In this document: piece by piece, positions 40,764-54,500 of the stretch
Numbering within the stretch: position 1 is the first letter of the stretch
Layout of the letters: each line of letters begins with the position of its first letter
Assembly (NCBI GenBank): GCA_002633005.1
Contig: NMRA01000121.1
Span: 630,501-694,500 of the forward strand
Origin: Phoronis australis
Taxonomy: Eukaryota; Animalia; Phoronida
DNA: 64,000 bases
Direction: 5' to 3'
The notes under the pieces: generated by a model
Databases searched by the model: none
The model's input: only the letters and a program-made list of their open reading frames with translations
What the model was told of the DNA's origin: nothing
Position numbers and translations under genes: made by a program

Positions 40764-41180
40764 TTATTTGTTTATTTATTCATTGTGGTATTTACAAGGA
40801 GGGTATCCCATCGATTTTCACTGCTTTCCATGGAGGCCCTCAATAAAACTGATGGAATAAAATAATATACGGAAGATACTAAAAGAATAAGACATGATTA
40901 AATAAAAATATTACTGCATATATAATGAATAATAGTTAATAAAAATACAAGACAACATGTATATAGATGAATAAAATGCAATATATTGGTCTGAGGAAAT
41001 CGAAGGCATGATATTTGCTACACTAAACACTTCTTCAATAAACTGACTTCTGATAAGTCTTTTAAAAATTGTTAAGGGTGATGCAGACTTGGCATCGGAA
41101 GGGACAGTGTTCCATGAATAAGACACGCTGTAAGTAAATAATTTTTACCAATTTCATTTCTGGTTTTCGGCTAATTGGAT
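40764..41180 (-). mobile_element. 3' end fragment of a CR1/L2-like LINE
   Basis: FTYSVSYSWNTVPSDAKSASPLTIFKRLIR matches the ORF2 C-terminal F.Y.....WN.LP......SL..FK..L pattern. AT-rich UTR and AATAAATAAACAAATAAA tail. Confidence 0.6.
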
Positions 41181-44100
41181 TATTGTGAGGCCCTTGTGTT
41201 CATAGCGATTAACAATCATCGAAAACTTAACACACTTAAGTACGTTGGAACAAGGTGTTTGAAACAGTTATTCATCAACATGCTGATAGGAATTTACGTC
41301 TTACGTGTACTTTCATTATTCTCGTTTCCGAGGTTTCACAACAAACATAAGAAATCCTCTGTTGTGTTTGCCATGTATGGTAATGGTCGCCTATCAAGGC
41401 AACTATTTTGTGAATGACCACTACGTAATTTAGTTGACTGCGAAGTTCATCCAAACATGTGTGAGAGTACGGTATTGGCCACTGACTCAAGTGAAACCCA
41501 AAACAAGTTAACACAAATATCAGAACGAATCTACTAGTAATGTAAAATATCGATGACTATCAAATGAGCATACTTGACAAAAAATTATCATTAAGATATC
41601 ATGGATTTCATGACAATTACCCCGTCCCTTATATTTCCCAACTGATGTCCCCCAGGTACGTGCCCCCCCCCCCTCCCCGGCCCCCGTCGTCTCAATTTTC
41701 CCCGGACCACATGTTCCTCAACCCCGAAGACTCCCCCAGCCCTACTCCTCATGATTTTCTATATATTGGGACTCAATTTTTTGTATTACTTATCCAATCT
41801 ACATACCTGCTGTGGGGCGCGTGGGGATCCTCAGTATTCAATGATAGGAATGAGGTGCGACTTCAATAGTAATCCCACAAGAGAAAAAATCACGCTGATT
41901 GTGACCAATCCCATTGCTTAAGTCCAAATTTGAAAATTAATGGTTTTGAATTTCCATAGTCATCAATTCGATATAATCATGAACGTCCCACTTGTAAGAC
42001 GCACGCACAAACATGCGACATATATAATGCGTTTTTCTCTGAAAATTAAGGATTTTTTCGTTACGTATCGGTGCACATGTCTGTGGCTCACTGGTGCATC
42101 TGAGTCGCGCGTAAATATGTTTAAACGTAATAGTCAAGGTGCAGCGACGATTGAGTCAAGTGTTTTATGATTTTTCAAGAATCAAGTACTTAACGTTGGT
42201 TCTTAATAAGATGAAAAGTACACGACGTAGTGATGCCTCCCGGACTGTTCAGATCTGACGCCGGTCAGGAGTAATTAAGCTATGTGCATAAATTACCTCA
42301 ACAAATTAGTTATCAACTACTGTGAAAATTATTTATGAAGGGCATATCTAGTTGGTAGGGTTAAAAGTACCCTGAGATAAATCTGAAGTTGAGCGTTCTC
42401 AAACAACGCAAGATTTACTAATTCACATGTCTTACTCCGCTATATAGCCAGATGTAAGTCACGTTTGCAAGATGTTAACTAAACATTGGCAAGAAGGGAC
42501 AATTCCCTCGCGGTCGAGGGAAATCACAGGTTTGAACGAGGAAATAATATGCACCAATCAGGCAACTCCATAACTAGGTCAACCAATCAAGTGAGAGCTA
42601 TAACTGGTCACCCAGTCATGCGAAATATTTTATCGAATATTATGATAGCATTCTTGTTAACGGTGAGTTGAATAATATTTTTATGACAATGAACTAGCTA
42701 TGGGTGGAGATGTTATATTCACGAAAAGTACCATTGATGCAGCTTAAGAGCCAAAAATAGAGCTCGTGAATAGAAACAAGAACACAGTATGCATTTATTC
42801 ACCAATATGGGGCATATATGTCGACAGTTGTGTCATAATCTGACGAGATGTGGTTAGCCTTGAATGAAGTCGTGCAGCACAATTAATTTATTTTAAATTA
42901 AATTCTTGACTCGCCTACATAACAGTCTGTTCACTGAGAAAGTAAGATTATTTGGAGACTTAGAGAAATATATATAGTAGTGAAGCTGGTAAACAAGCAT
43001 ACGTGTACATGACAATTCAATTAAGCGCGCAAGTCATACTAACACAGTAAAGATGGCGTGAGTTGGCAAACTACAAGGTTTAATTTATATCAGAGCCCAT
43101 GAATGCCTTTTAATGACTTATCGAAAACTCGTGAACACAACGCCAAATTTATCATGTATATAAATTAATCGTGCGTATCTACTTTTACAGACATTCAACA
43201 GCATGCGAGTAAAATGACCCACCCTAAAAATAGGGTGCTCGAATTTTTGAGAATGTGGATCTTTTACTAAGATTCACTTGCTACGTTCAGACCTATGAAT
43301 TGCGCTTCCGCCGAATTTTNNNNNNNNNNNNNNNNNNNNNNNNNNNNNNNNNNNNNNNNNNNNNNNNNNNNTGGTAATTCTTGCCTCTTTAGTGAACTTT
43401 TGTCTTATTTTCTGCTTTTTTTCGGAGTTTTGGTTTCTCCGAGGCGTACCGTTTTGCTCACTTTGCCAAATGGGGGACTCGCTCGAGCCCCGCACCAGGG
43501 TGCGCGCATGAATAGGTGTGTAATTTCAATCCCTAATACCACAAACATGCACTTATTTTTTAGAAACATAACAAGAGTATACTTTAACAATAATTTTCTT
43601 GTTTATTTCACAAAAATATATAAACTGTACATATGCACACAAGTCTAGTATCACGACATCATAGTCTTATCACAACAGAACTGAAGACCCGGATGTTGCC
43701 GAATACATTTTTACAATACGCAGGTTCCTTGTAGCTAATGACATATTTACATATTATCACAACTGCACTATGCTGTATCAAATCCTTGTATAGACATAGA
43801 TTAGCATGGGTCCCTTAATTGAAAGGAACTTATCAAAACTCCATTCAGTGATTGAGAATTTGAACAACACTATGAAATGACAGGTTCCCTATAAGGGGCG
43901 ACTAGGCCGACCCCATACCCGACAACTCGATGCAGAATAATTGCCACACAAGTGCGTCACACTTAAAATAGTGTAAAATCAATATTTACTTTCTTCGATA
44001 GAATGTTAGAAAAACGGGTCTGGCAAGGTCAGCGATTCTGAAAAGCGTACTTTTCGTAATAGTCGCTTTTGACATGGACAGGTTTTCCAACATCGAAAGA

Positions 44101-44700
44101 CACACAAACATGTCGGATGACATATTAAATAGTTCTGATGAGCAGCTCGGTACGAGATCATAAACATTGGGATTTGGATACATGCCAAATCGTTTTAACT
44201 CGCACAAATAACGCGTGCAAACAGCTCGATATATATTTACAGACTTATCACGGAGTGTTCCTTGTAATTTATTAGAAATACACGCTCCATAGCTTACAGC
44301 AATTAAACTAACATTCTATATTTTAAGTCGTTCGGCTATAGATTTTGGCACGACTTGAATACATTGATATCTTAAAATAAATATGACGTTTTGCGTTCCC
44401 GACGCGTTGTCATTCCTAAACCATTACAAATAATTTACAAGTGAAAATCGCAACACGAAATTTATAAAAGGAATGGCACTTGGGTACAACGGAAATAGCA
44501 AATTCGCCTAAAATAGTCACAGATCATTTTCTTTTAACATAAACTTAGATAACACGAGGACCAACAGACCAGCTGTTTACCCCAAACAAAACAGTTCAAG
44601 ATCAATACAAATCGCGGACGGTGCCCTGAGGATGCAAGAAGGAAGTAATCCAATGTTTGAAAGTTAAAAGTGAAAGGGATGCTTCCTTGTCCACTATAAA

Positions 44701-44794
44701 TTAATCTTCCTGCCAACCCGTGGCGTTCTTCCCAAATTTATAAACCAAACGCCGTCCATCGACGCGCTCTAAAATCCCGCGCTTGTAGTAATAC
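44701..44794 (-). CDS. ETS gene terminal exon, ETS domain C-terminal part
   Basis: ttttacag|[33 protein letters not shown]. Confidence 0.95.
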
Positions 44795-47700
44795 CTGTAA
44801 AATAGCAAAATATTCGGTTGAAATCTCAATTAAATTTTGTCACAGTGAGCTAAATACGCCTAGGCTAAGTTCATATTAAGACCATAAAAGTTTCTTGAAC
44901 CAAGTGTCAGGGACTATCTAACTTTAACGATTCTTGGGAATAGTTAGGCCCAAGTAAGAGAACAGATAAGTGAACTTGGGAATTATCAGCCTTAGGTACT
45001 CAGACTAGGTACCATTCATCCGGCTATATTAAGAAGGATACGTTTACCAAGGTTCTGATATTAATTGTGTGCTAACGACGTGCATGTGCGACGTGCAAAG
45101 CGCTAAAGAGGGTAGTAGATGCTCCAGTGATGCCGACAGTGCGCGAGCGCGTGATATAAAGCCACAATTTTAGTCTATTTGAAATTGTGAGAGCACTTAG
45201 GGAGAATTCTTATAGATTGCTTCCAGTATATGTGTTAGACTAGTAAGTACTGCTCATGCTTTTACTGAGGTCGGCTTTCTAAGAACATGCTTCTGTGCAG
45301 TTAATCTAAAGTGTGTATGAAAACGTTGGAATCAGATGTTAGTTTGTGTAAATTAGTGAAAGCTTGCGACTGCATTTCGCATTTTCTGAAAAAGGGGGGC
45401 TTCTACTTTGAGCTGACAGGCGCATACAAGGTAAGCCAAGAAACTTTTTGACTCAGTATGATCCTAACCATGACAGGGCTAATCCTCTTGCCACCCGGAG
45501 CTTCGCGGGCCGAATTTGAAGCAGAGTTTCTTGGGGAAATTCCCATCTTTGGGAAGATCAGCAAAATAGCCGGCGGTTCGTGAAAACCTGCAGTGGCAAC
45601 ATGGAAAACACCCTCGTTAACTGAGCGCTTTTCTATAAAAGTCTTAGAGTCCGCGGCAAAACTAGTTGATTTGCATACGCGATTGTCTAATTATACAACA
45701 TTGATATAAAAAAATGAACAGGAACTTCCAAAGCAACTTCACTTGCTATATAATCTACAAACACGCGTGCACACACTGGCAATCTAGCAAAACGTTTTCG
45801 CACTTAATGAACGCCAGTAACACCCGAACTCTTATCCCTAAATAAAACAATTCTAAATCTCGTCTCGCCCTATTACAGGCGTGCATGTATTGCACCAGCA
45901 TGCTAGACTGAACACAAAAACTAGCTCTTACCTCATCGCCCGGCTCAGTTTCTCATAGGTCATGCCAGCGTTATTTTTCTTTCCGCCCCACAACTTGGCA
46001 ACTTTATCCGAGTGCACAAAACGGAACACCCCGGCCTTGCGATCTTCCCACTTGATGATTTTGTTGTTGTGTTCGGGGTTTTTCAGAAGGTCCCGCACGA
46101 ATTCCCACAGATGATTTCCTTTCGAGGCTGAAAAGGAGCAGATATAGACGTTAGCTTCTACAAAAAAATAATTTTAATACAGCGATTCCACTGATAAACT
46201 GGTATTACCATTGTTGCCAATCGGCTAGCGGCAAACAGTCCAAAATTAAGCTAATCGAAGAATATTTAACTTGAAAATATAGGTAGTTTGAAACCAGTCA
46301 CAGGGTGGACGTGTGGCTCAAAATGGCAACTGATATATAATTAGCAGCACAAAAATCACTCTAGCACATTGAAATTGGGGAAACACTTACATTGACCGTG
46401 CCTTCGCCCGCGGTGTCCACTTGGACGAGGGGCTTCCAACATATCACAATCTTCGTCGCTGGACTCGGTGGTTTTTGTGTACCTTCTCGGTCGGCCAGGG
46501 GACCTTTTGACTTTCTGCGGTTGAGCAGCATTGCCTGCTGGCTGCATCATCTGACCTTGCCACCCCAAATAAGAGGCAGTCGGCTGTGTGTAATACTTTG
46601 GGTACTCATTAGTGTAGCTGTCGGGGTCAGAGTCCGAATATTCTGGAAAAAGTTGAAACAACTTTCATCGGCAAAGTTAAAACAAATCGGGTAGGCCTTT
46701 TGGACTAGATTATTACTGAATCCAAGGTAAAATTAAATCTATGTTTAACAACTAGGTTTCTGGTTTTAAACACAATTCACATTTCATTAGTCAGAAACTT
46801 ACCTGTTACATAGCCATCGTCTGGTTGCGGAACAACCCTCTCTGGCAGCCTTAGTCCTGAAGGATCGAAGTCGTAGTCGCATCCATTGATAGTATAGACT
46901 GACGGAGACAGAATGTCCATCGGAAGACAGCGGTTCATTTCTAAAACTGCTGTAAACGGAAAAATAAAGACCGTTATTTTGATTGCGTTTGGAGGTGAAA
47001 CCATTCGCTTCACTTTAGCGCTCTTAATAATACAGGATAACGCCATAAACCGATGAGATCATATAGAGTTCATCGATTGCTTCAAAGATTCACCTTGCCT
47101 AAGTTTATTTATTTCAGTTTAAAATTTTGCAATTTTGTAAAGACATTTCACTATGAATAAGAACATTGTGCTCTCGGAGAAAAATATTTTTCTAAACAGT
47201 TAAAAACTTACCACTTAATTTTCTTGTATCAACGATTATTTTTATAAACTGTACTTTCCGTTCAGTATAAACTTAATATCTTCATGCGATTATATCACTC
47301 ACCGCTAGTGCTGTTTTCATCGACTAATTTGACGGCTTGCTTGCTATAACAACAGGAGCTGCTCGTCCACATGTCGTTGTCGCCATTGATCTGTGTAAAA
47401 GTCTGCTCAAAGTTGCCAGAATCCTGCAAGCTTATGTCCGGTTCCTCAAAATCAGCTAGAATTAAGAAATGTATATTTAAATATTTTTTACCATTCCATA
47501 AATTTTCAACAGTTCGAATGATCCACAACGTTCTTAATTGACATTAAGGAGTTTCGCTACCATTGTCATCGCAAAAATCATTTTAAAATGAGTAAAATTA
47601 GATAAAGTAAAATTAAAAATATTCCAAGATTGAAAAATGTAATTAAAAGCTGACACTATCTAGCGTTTAGAACTAGAGTAGAGAAATAGTCAAAAAAGTA

Positions 47701-48990
47701 GAATGAGCACTGCAATTTGTAGAACAAAGTAATGGAATCTATTGTACTATTGTACCTTCTCTGAGGAGTAGTTTCAGTTCCTCATATAGAATGTGGCCAT
47801 ACTCTGGCATACGCTCCACGAACTGGTCACGGTTCATCTTGCACATCTCTTTCCCTGTTAAATTCTGGAATTTCTCAGCTCCAAATTTCTTGAAGTCAAT
47901 CTTGTGTTTTGGTAAAAGAGCTACGTAAAATAACCAGTCCAATATGTGTGCAGTCGTCCAGTTTTCGGGATAAACGTTTGTCCATGTTGTGAGCGTTTCA
48001 TTGTCTTCTGCAAAAGGAACATATGCAATCAACATATATGTAATCAACCGAGGCAAAATAACCACAAGGTATGCAAAATACGCAAGGTCTTGCAAAGTAA
48101 AATGTGGCATTCGAAAAATAAGAACTCGCGAGCAAAGTTATAGAATTTGCAACTTTTGGGTACCGGCTAACCCCAATAAACTGTGAAGCGTTTTCTTGAG
48201 TCGCTAATTCGTGAACCCAATAAACTCTGCAGCGTTTTCACAAATCGCTGATGGTTCTACGTCCTCGTTGAAAACAGAATAACATTTCTGAGAGTGTCAC
48301 GGTAACGAATATTACGAGACCGATTTCCCGATAAGTACAATAAATGACACCATTCGATTTTCATTGTTCAGTTAGTTAAACAGCGAAACAAATGCAGCTT
48401 CAGATAATTTGTTTCATCTTGTTTGAATTGGCGTGTTTGCTGTTTGTAATGCCAGGTGATTTCTTAAATTGACTCTGCATACATAAATACTTTCTTAATC
48501 AGTAATGTGGAAGTCACTACTCACGTGATGTGAGCGCAGAGAGAACCTGCGTGCACTTAGCCGGCTTCATGCTGGTGTAGGTCGGCTCTTCTTTTATCGA
48601 GCACGGCTGCTGGTCGTACAAGTACATATTTTCATCAAAAGAATTTTTTACACATGCAATCGTGTCATCTCCCATCTGCAAGAAAGGATAACAAACCATG
48701 AGAATTACATCTGTTTTCAATTCCTCGTTAATATAAGCTTGCAGTACTTAACAAGTGACGACGAAAATACTGCGGAAAAAAAACTGAGTGTCTCTTGAAT
48801 GAGCTAATATGTAGTTGATTTTGTTTCTACCACAACATGCACTATAATTCTTGTCTGCATGCATATCGCATGTATTTCGTTTTTTTTTATATATTTCTTA
48901 ATGGAAACAACGATAAAAATCTAAACGCCAACGGGTTTTCCACTCAAAACTTACCGTATGGAATGGGCTTAAACCAGAAGGTACGATCAT
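44701..48990 (-). CDS. ELF3/EHF/ELF5-like: ESE-subfamily ETS transcription factor (ELF3/EHF/ELF5-like): PNT/SAM domain, AT-hook, C-terminal ETS domain; 8 coding exons, ~426 aa (gene span)
   Basis: Exons 48990-48955, 48675-48525, 48007-47756, 47455-47303, 46949-46803, 46642-46391, 46127-45932, 44794-44701, all GT-AG and in frame. ETS domain [10 protein letters not shown]...[62 protein letters not shown] is diagnostic of the ESE group. Confidence 0.94.
45932..46127 (-). CDS. ETS gene exon 7, ETS domain N-terminal part (not in ORF track)
   Basis: ttttcag|[64 protein letters not shown](R)|gtaaga. Confidence 0.95.
46391..46642 (-). CDS. ETS gene exon 6 (AT-hook KRSPGRPRR)
   Basis: ttttccag|YSDSDPDS...[12 protein letters not shown]...HRGRRHGQ|gtaagt. 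Confidence 0.88.
46803..46949 (-). CDS. ETS gene exon 5
   Basis: tttacag|[10 protein letters not shown]...PDDGYVT|gtaagt, phase 1-1, NAGNAG acceptor. Confidence 0.8.
47303..47455 (-). CDS. ETS gene exon 4
   Basis: ttctag|DFEEPDIS...ENSTS|gtgagt, phase 1-1. Confidence 0.8.
47756..48007 (-). CDS. ETS gene exon 3, PNT (SAM) domain
   Basis: [18 protein letters not shown]...[17 protein letters not shown]....[11 protein letters not shown] is the Pointed-domain pattern P..W....V..WL...G..LC....F......G..LY..L. Confidence 0.92.
48525..48675 (-). CDS. ETS gene coding exon 2
   Basis: ttgcag|MGDDTIACV...IKEEPTY...LTS|gtgagt; IKEE matches the SUMO consensus. Confidence 0.8.
48955..48990 (-). CDS. ETS gene probable first coding exon ([12 protein letters not shown])
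   Basis: ttttgttttgcag acceptor (exon starts 49001), gtaccATG context, donor ACG|gtaagt. Phase 0 joins the next exon. An alternative start is the ATG at 48675. Confidence 0.65.
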
Positions 48991-49310
48991 GGTACGGGTG
49001 CCTGCAAAACAAAAAGGAATAATAGTGATTCCATTGAACTCAGTGAACTTGGTAAGTGTTTTTGGTCTTCATAGCTCCACATTATTAAACCGCAGGGGAT
49101 TTCGCTGTTTACTTTCCACGACTCATATTCAGAGACAGCGATGACGCGAAAAAAAAAACAAATCTTTCTAAATGCAGTTTTGCCACTGCTAAAAGACAAT
49201 AAGCCAGTTTTATAGGTAAAATCCTATACCTAGATATCTTCAAATGATACTCCGGTGTAGACGTTTTTCGTTTACTCCACTTGTCCTAACGCCTAAGCAA
49301 GACACACATC

Positions 49311-49516
49311 AACTGTTTCGTGTTATTGCTTTCTGATCTATTTAAGGGCACTATTTTACTTGACGTAAGGGGTTGTGAGCGTGCGCATTGTGTAACCTAC
49401 ACGGGGAAATTCCCTTTTCTGAGCTGCGTCACTTCGTCTGGATCTCATTGGCTCGCTTCGTTCTCTCATTGGCCAGTCGGCTTCGCCCGCGTACCTGGGC
49501 TTGGAATGGATTTCCC
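49311..49516 (-). promoter_or_regulatory. Putative proximal promoter of the ETS gene
   Basis: On the minus strand: TTAAATAG (49345-49338) about 31 nt before an Inr-like ACAGTT (~49314). Also TGACGTAA (49361), ATTGTGTAAC (49387), GGGAAATTCCC (49404-49414), two CCAATGAGA (49447, 49468) and GGGAAATCCA (49507-49516). Confidence 0.6.
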
Positions 49517-51514
49517 ATCTAGTTGGATTCGCCGTGTGAAAACGTTCGTTACCCGACTTCCTACGAAATTGATTATCTGTATAGAAACGTGTCAATTGTT
49601 ATAACTTTTAGTTTGCAAGGCTTCAAAAATCTAGTGTTGCCTTAAAGGTACATTTTGCTTGGGAGAAATATAATTTTGATCGTAGATTTTACCTTCTAAA
49701 AGAGGTTTGTGGTCCTAAATGTTTTGCTAATGCCAGTAAATTAAAAGCCGGCACCAAACGGAAAAACGACGCCTGTGAGTTACCCCAGTTTCGACCCTTT
49801 CAGTCCCTTCCTGGGGAGTTGGATGGCAACATATAACCATGGAACGCTTTTATTTATGCATACTAACCTAGGACTGTATTACTCCCAGATACTAACCGTA
49901 GAATAGCCTACGTACAGTGCCCTTTGTAAGTGCCAAATGAGTGTTCATAATCGCAATACTTGAATAAGAACAAAAGTGGCCTGTAGTACTTTGAGGCCTT
50001 CCATAAACTCCATTTTATTATAAACGTGGGGGCGTAGAAAATGGTGCCTTTTTCGGCACGATCAGCTTCCCTACACAAAGGTGCTTGTTTCAACAAGATT
50101 GTCTTTGAAATGAACCCTTTCCTATTGAATTCCGTACAAAACGGCTCACGGCCATGACCTTATAGAGTTCTCAGGCTACACCATTTTCTAACTATTCTCA
50201 GTGTTGACTTAGAATTATGTTTTAAAACTTTGATTGCAAAACGACAATAATTTTTGACACGGCGTCATGATCTCATCTAACTACTATTTTGGCACCCTTC
50301 AGAATGTATTATAAAGACCCATCTGTATCGCCAGCAAGACACCTAATTGCCTAGAGGAATCACTTAACCTTAAAAAGGATGATTTTCCCTTACTAAACGG
50401 TTCCCTTATTATGGAATTCACTGTAATTCAACCGGGTTGGCTGTCATATTTTCCCGCGAGTGGAGAACTCCCTCTCGTCCACTGTCAGCATGAGCGGGAA
50501 GATTCAAGTTCACGTTTGCTTGTGAAACTCCTTATCTCTGGCAGCATTTTAAATGAAAATGGAAAGAAAACGACAAATATTGCCGGCGCGGACTAGCTAG
50601 CCTACATCCAAGACCTGTCAGTTGACGTGTTTGGGGGGAAGTCCTTGTCTATACTGATGAGTGAAAGTCAACTGGCAAATAAAGTTTAACCCTGTATGAG
50701 AGACTGTCTTAATTGGGAGTGTCCGGAATGTGTTCACGTTCAAATTCTGTTTTAATAACAATCATTGATCACTAAAACAATGATTAATTTTTGCCTCGGT
50801 TATTGACTGCAGCCTATACTACAGGATACTCATAACATCATGATGACGATTATCACCGTGACAGAGGCCGGGATTGTTCTCTGATGAGCAACATGCATGT
50901 AGCCTCGATTATAGACCGGTTAATATTCCTCAAATCTTGCCATGCCATTACAGAGAACCACAGCCAGCCACGATTCACAAGAAGGATGTCAATGTCACAT
51001 GTTCTGAAAGCCGCACGGAGATGGGCATCTTCGAGCTCATCGCACGCAATTTTCTCTCGTTGTCCGTAAGGAAAATTTTGATAGCAGACTTTTTCACTGA
51101 TGGTTTCCGTTGGGGCTGACTAAATTAAATGCCCCTTTTAACTGTCGAAAACGGAATATTAAAGATTGGCGATATTTTGATGTTATACGCCAAAAAATAA
51201 CGTTGATCCAACATACCTGGAAGAGTGGCAATGACATACGCTTAATTTTATGTAGGCCTATGCCTTTCCATGCACACATCAGCAAGCACAGACATTGATC
51301 AGTCAAATTCTAATATAACTAAACATCACTCAAGTAATTCCTATTCATTGATTTCAAAATAAATTGATTACGTCGGTTCGTGTTTTGTGAATTTACGTGA
51401 AAACCAAGTCCACTAAAGCAGTAGTTTAACCTTTCCTCACCTTTTAACGTTTTCCTACTAAAAGGTCACCTCAAATTATTATTGCGTCCCTAGACTATAC
51501 TTATCGGCATATTA

Positions 51515-51543
51515 TGTGCGTGCGTGCGTGCGTGCGTGCGTGC
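51515..51543. repeat. (GTGC)n microsatellite
   Basis: About 7 units read directly. Confidence 0.95.
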
Positions 51544-54500
51544 AGTATGATATGTACCCTCGTAGCACCGAGCGCTTGACTAGCATGCCCGGACGCCGCA
51601 GAGAGCTCCACGTGTCGTCCTCGAGTTTTGCATAGGCCTAATCCCAAGGATGGGAGATGAGCGAAGTGTAAACATATTAAAGTTTCTAACCTGCCGACCC
51701 AACATTTGTTTAACCGGCTGTGACATGATAAGAAACATAGCGTGGAAGCAAACAATATTGCTTCCACGCTATGTTTCTTATCATTATATGTTGTGGCTTA
51801 TCGTCCGGCAAACAGTTCACAATCAACCACTGATGACGTATTGTTCAATGTCCTAAGTCAACACCGGTGGCAGTATAGACTGCGGGCATTAAAATCCAAA
51901 GCGAGGCTCACTGCGGCGAAATTTACATTGCGTGAGTTAAATGGCCGGTTTTTGGAGTCCAACCTGAATATTAAATCTTAAAAAATGCGTCAATAATTAA
52001 CCACAGAGACGTACAGTTAAAGAACAAGTCAATGCACCAAAGAGTTGTCTGACGAAAGGGCTCAAGTTTTTTTTTCCGGAAAACAAGGTTCGAAACATGA
52101 AAAGTAAACATGACCAAATTGCAGCGATCGCAGTGTTACGGATTAGGTATCATGCTGAATGCAGGGTTACGTTTCTTCTAATAAATTCTTGATAAAAATG
52201 CTGTCTACACGAACCAGGTCATCTGGTCGTATTGTTGACGAGTTGAAGATATATTCGACAGTGGTGGCTCACCATACAGTAGCATTTTGCTGTCATGTGC
52301 AATTAGTCACATCTGGTTTAATTTGTTGATCAAGAGTATTAGCTTCAAGCATAGCTTAGGCCCTGGTGAGGTAGGCACTACCGGGACTAACAGTTGATTT
52401 GTCCCCCCTCTAAATCCACCTATGATTTTGTACTTTATCAAATTGTCACCTTTGTGGTCACAGGTGATTTGAACCGTTGGAGAGAAATTTTCAATCACTA
52501 AGGGAATTTAGTTTAGGCCTCGTGGGGCCGGGAATATCGCGTGACTTTTTAATATTTTTGAGAGGGGAATATGGCCGATATTTGGCCCCAAAATTGATAG
52601 ATTGAGGACCCTGTCCTTTTTGTAAAGAAAAATGCATCGCGCTTCAACCGATCACGAAAACACAGCCTGGCTGGCCGAAGATTCTCCGGTCCTCGTTGCA
52701 GCATCCGAGATGCGACAAATTATGATTCGAAAACAGTTATAAATTTTACACGGACATATTTTCCTTCGTCGCGGCGTATAGCAAGGACCCAACGCTTCCG
52801 AATCCCAACGTCCTTAGGGATTGTAAAACAGACAGTTGAGTGTCCGTATTTTTTCTAGCTGATCGAGCAACGCGGAGTACAAATACGCGGATAAGGGGAT
52901 AAGCCTCCAGAGCTATCGTAGCGAGCCTCGTTTTGGAACGCGTCTCCTGTCGGCGTGAATAGGGTCTGTACGAGTATTCCGAATATTCCGTTAGCCCGGC
53001 TGTCGCGCCGTTGATCGGATAGTGGACAGCGAGTCCGATGACCTTCGGTGAGGTTAAAAAAACACACGATAGGTTCTGGTTTGTTCGATGACTCAATTTC
53101 AAACCGGCGACATACTACTTAAGCGGCTGTAAACCAAAGTTCCGTAGAGGAATTTATTCGATCAGGGCAGAACAGGACTAAGCGGGGGAGGCCGGGCCTT
53201 TTCTATTAAGAAGTGTTCCCTTCCAGTCAAAATACTCTAAAAGTTGATTTTTGGTGGCGTAGGGCAGGTTTATAGCCATGTTCATTCACCACATACTAAT
53301 ATCGCATTTTAAATATTGATTCAATATGCCTCCTCACCTAATCGGACAGTCTGTAATGGCTTGGACAAAATGATTGGCATTCACGGAAATTGGCTTGTTC
53401 AGTTAGTCTAAAATTGTCAAATTGTGGATTCTGTGAAGTTTGGTCAAATGAAGGTGTCGACTTGCAAGGCTGACGACGAAAGTATTGCGTTTAATTCTAA
53501 ACTGTATTTTTACAATCTCTGCATTCAATTTGGAAAATTACCTCATTCTAAAGCTGTTTTCGCATTAGAGTTAGTCCATACTAGTTTGCAGTCGGAACAT
53601 ATTTTACTTCAGCATCATAACCTACCATATCAAATTCTCACCTTTCTCACCAGACCCGGGCGGGACTAACGTTCCACCGTCCTAACTTGTAAAGCTTCAT
53701 CGTACTGAACCCAAGAGTGCTGTACCGCAATAGGGATCCGACAACCAATTGTCATTTCTATTCTTATTTTGAGACATGTTTAACTTGAAAACTGTATAGT
53801 AAATAGCGCCAGCGAATAAACAGAAACACCAACAATGTCGAGAGTGTACAAAATGGCGGCCGGGAAGCCAGCAGCTCGCGTGCCCGCCGAGTGGCCAGGC
53901 AGATGCCGAATCTGGCGGGTAAAATTTGCAAATATACCCTGTGTGCAGACTATGGACATGGCACGTTTTCGCTGTTACTGAAATAGCCGGGTAGATACAA
54001 TTAGGTATTGATGACGTGTGTCCCGATCGAATACATACATTGAACTTGGCAGAAAGATATGTTGACATGTATTACTGTAGGCACCATTCCGTATGCAAAT
54101 TCATTAAATCATTAATGTGAAAATGACACCGGATAACTTGTTTTAACATTTACAAATGTTAAAACATTTGTAAATGTTCTATCTCAGCTTTTCAATTGTG
54201 AGAGAACATATTAAGCTGTTAAATATCTAAATGTTACTATAGCCTTATGACCTGTGTTATGAAGTTATAAAATCGATTGACTGATTGAGTGAAAAAAGCG
54301 CCTGCTCATGAATGTCAGCCTACATTTCTGAAGATACTTTGACCTACCAACTACGACTCAGGGCACCGCCTCGCCCGCAAGTCACGATGATGTCTCGCCA
54401 CTGGGATATTCTGTTGGATGACAAAATCCCTATGTTGTGACGCACACTGAGTCCCATGTTTGAAACATCATAACTTTACAGAAGCGTGTTTCAATGTTGG

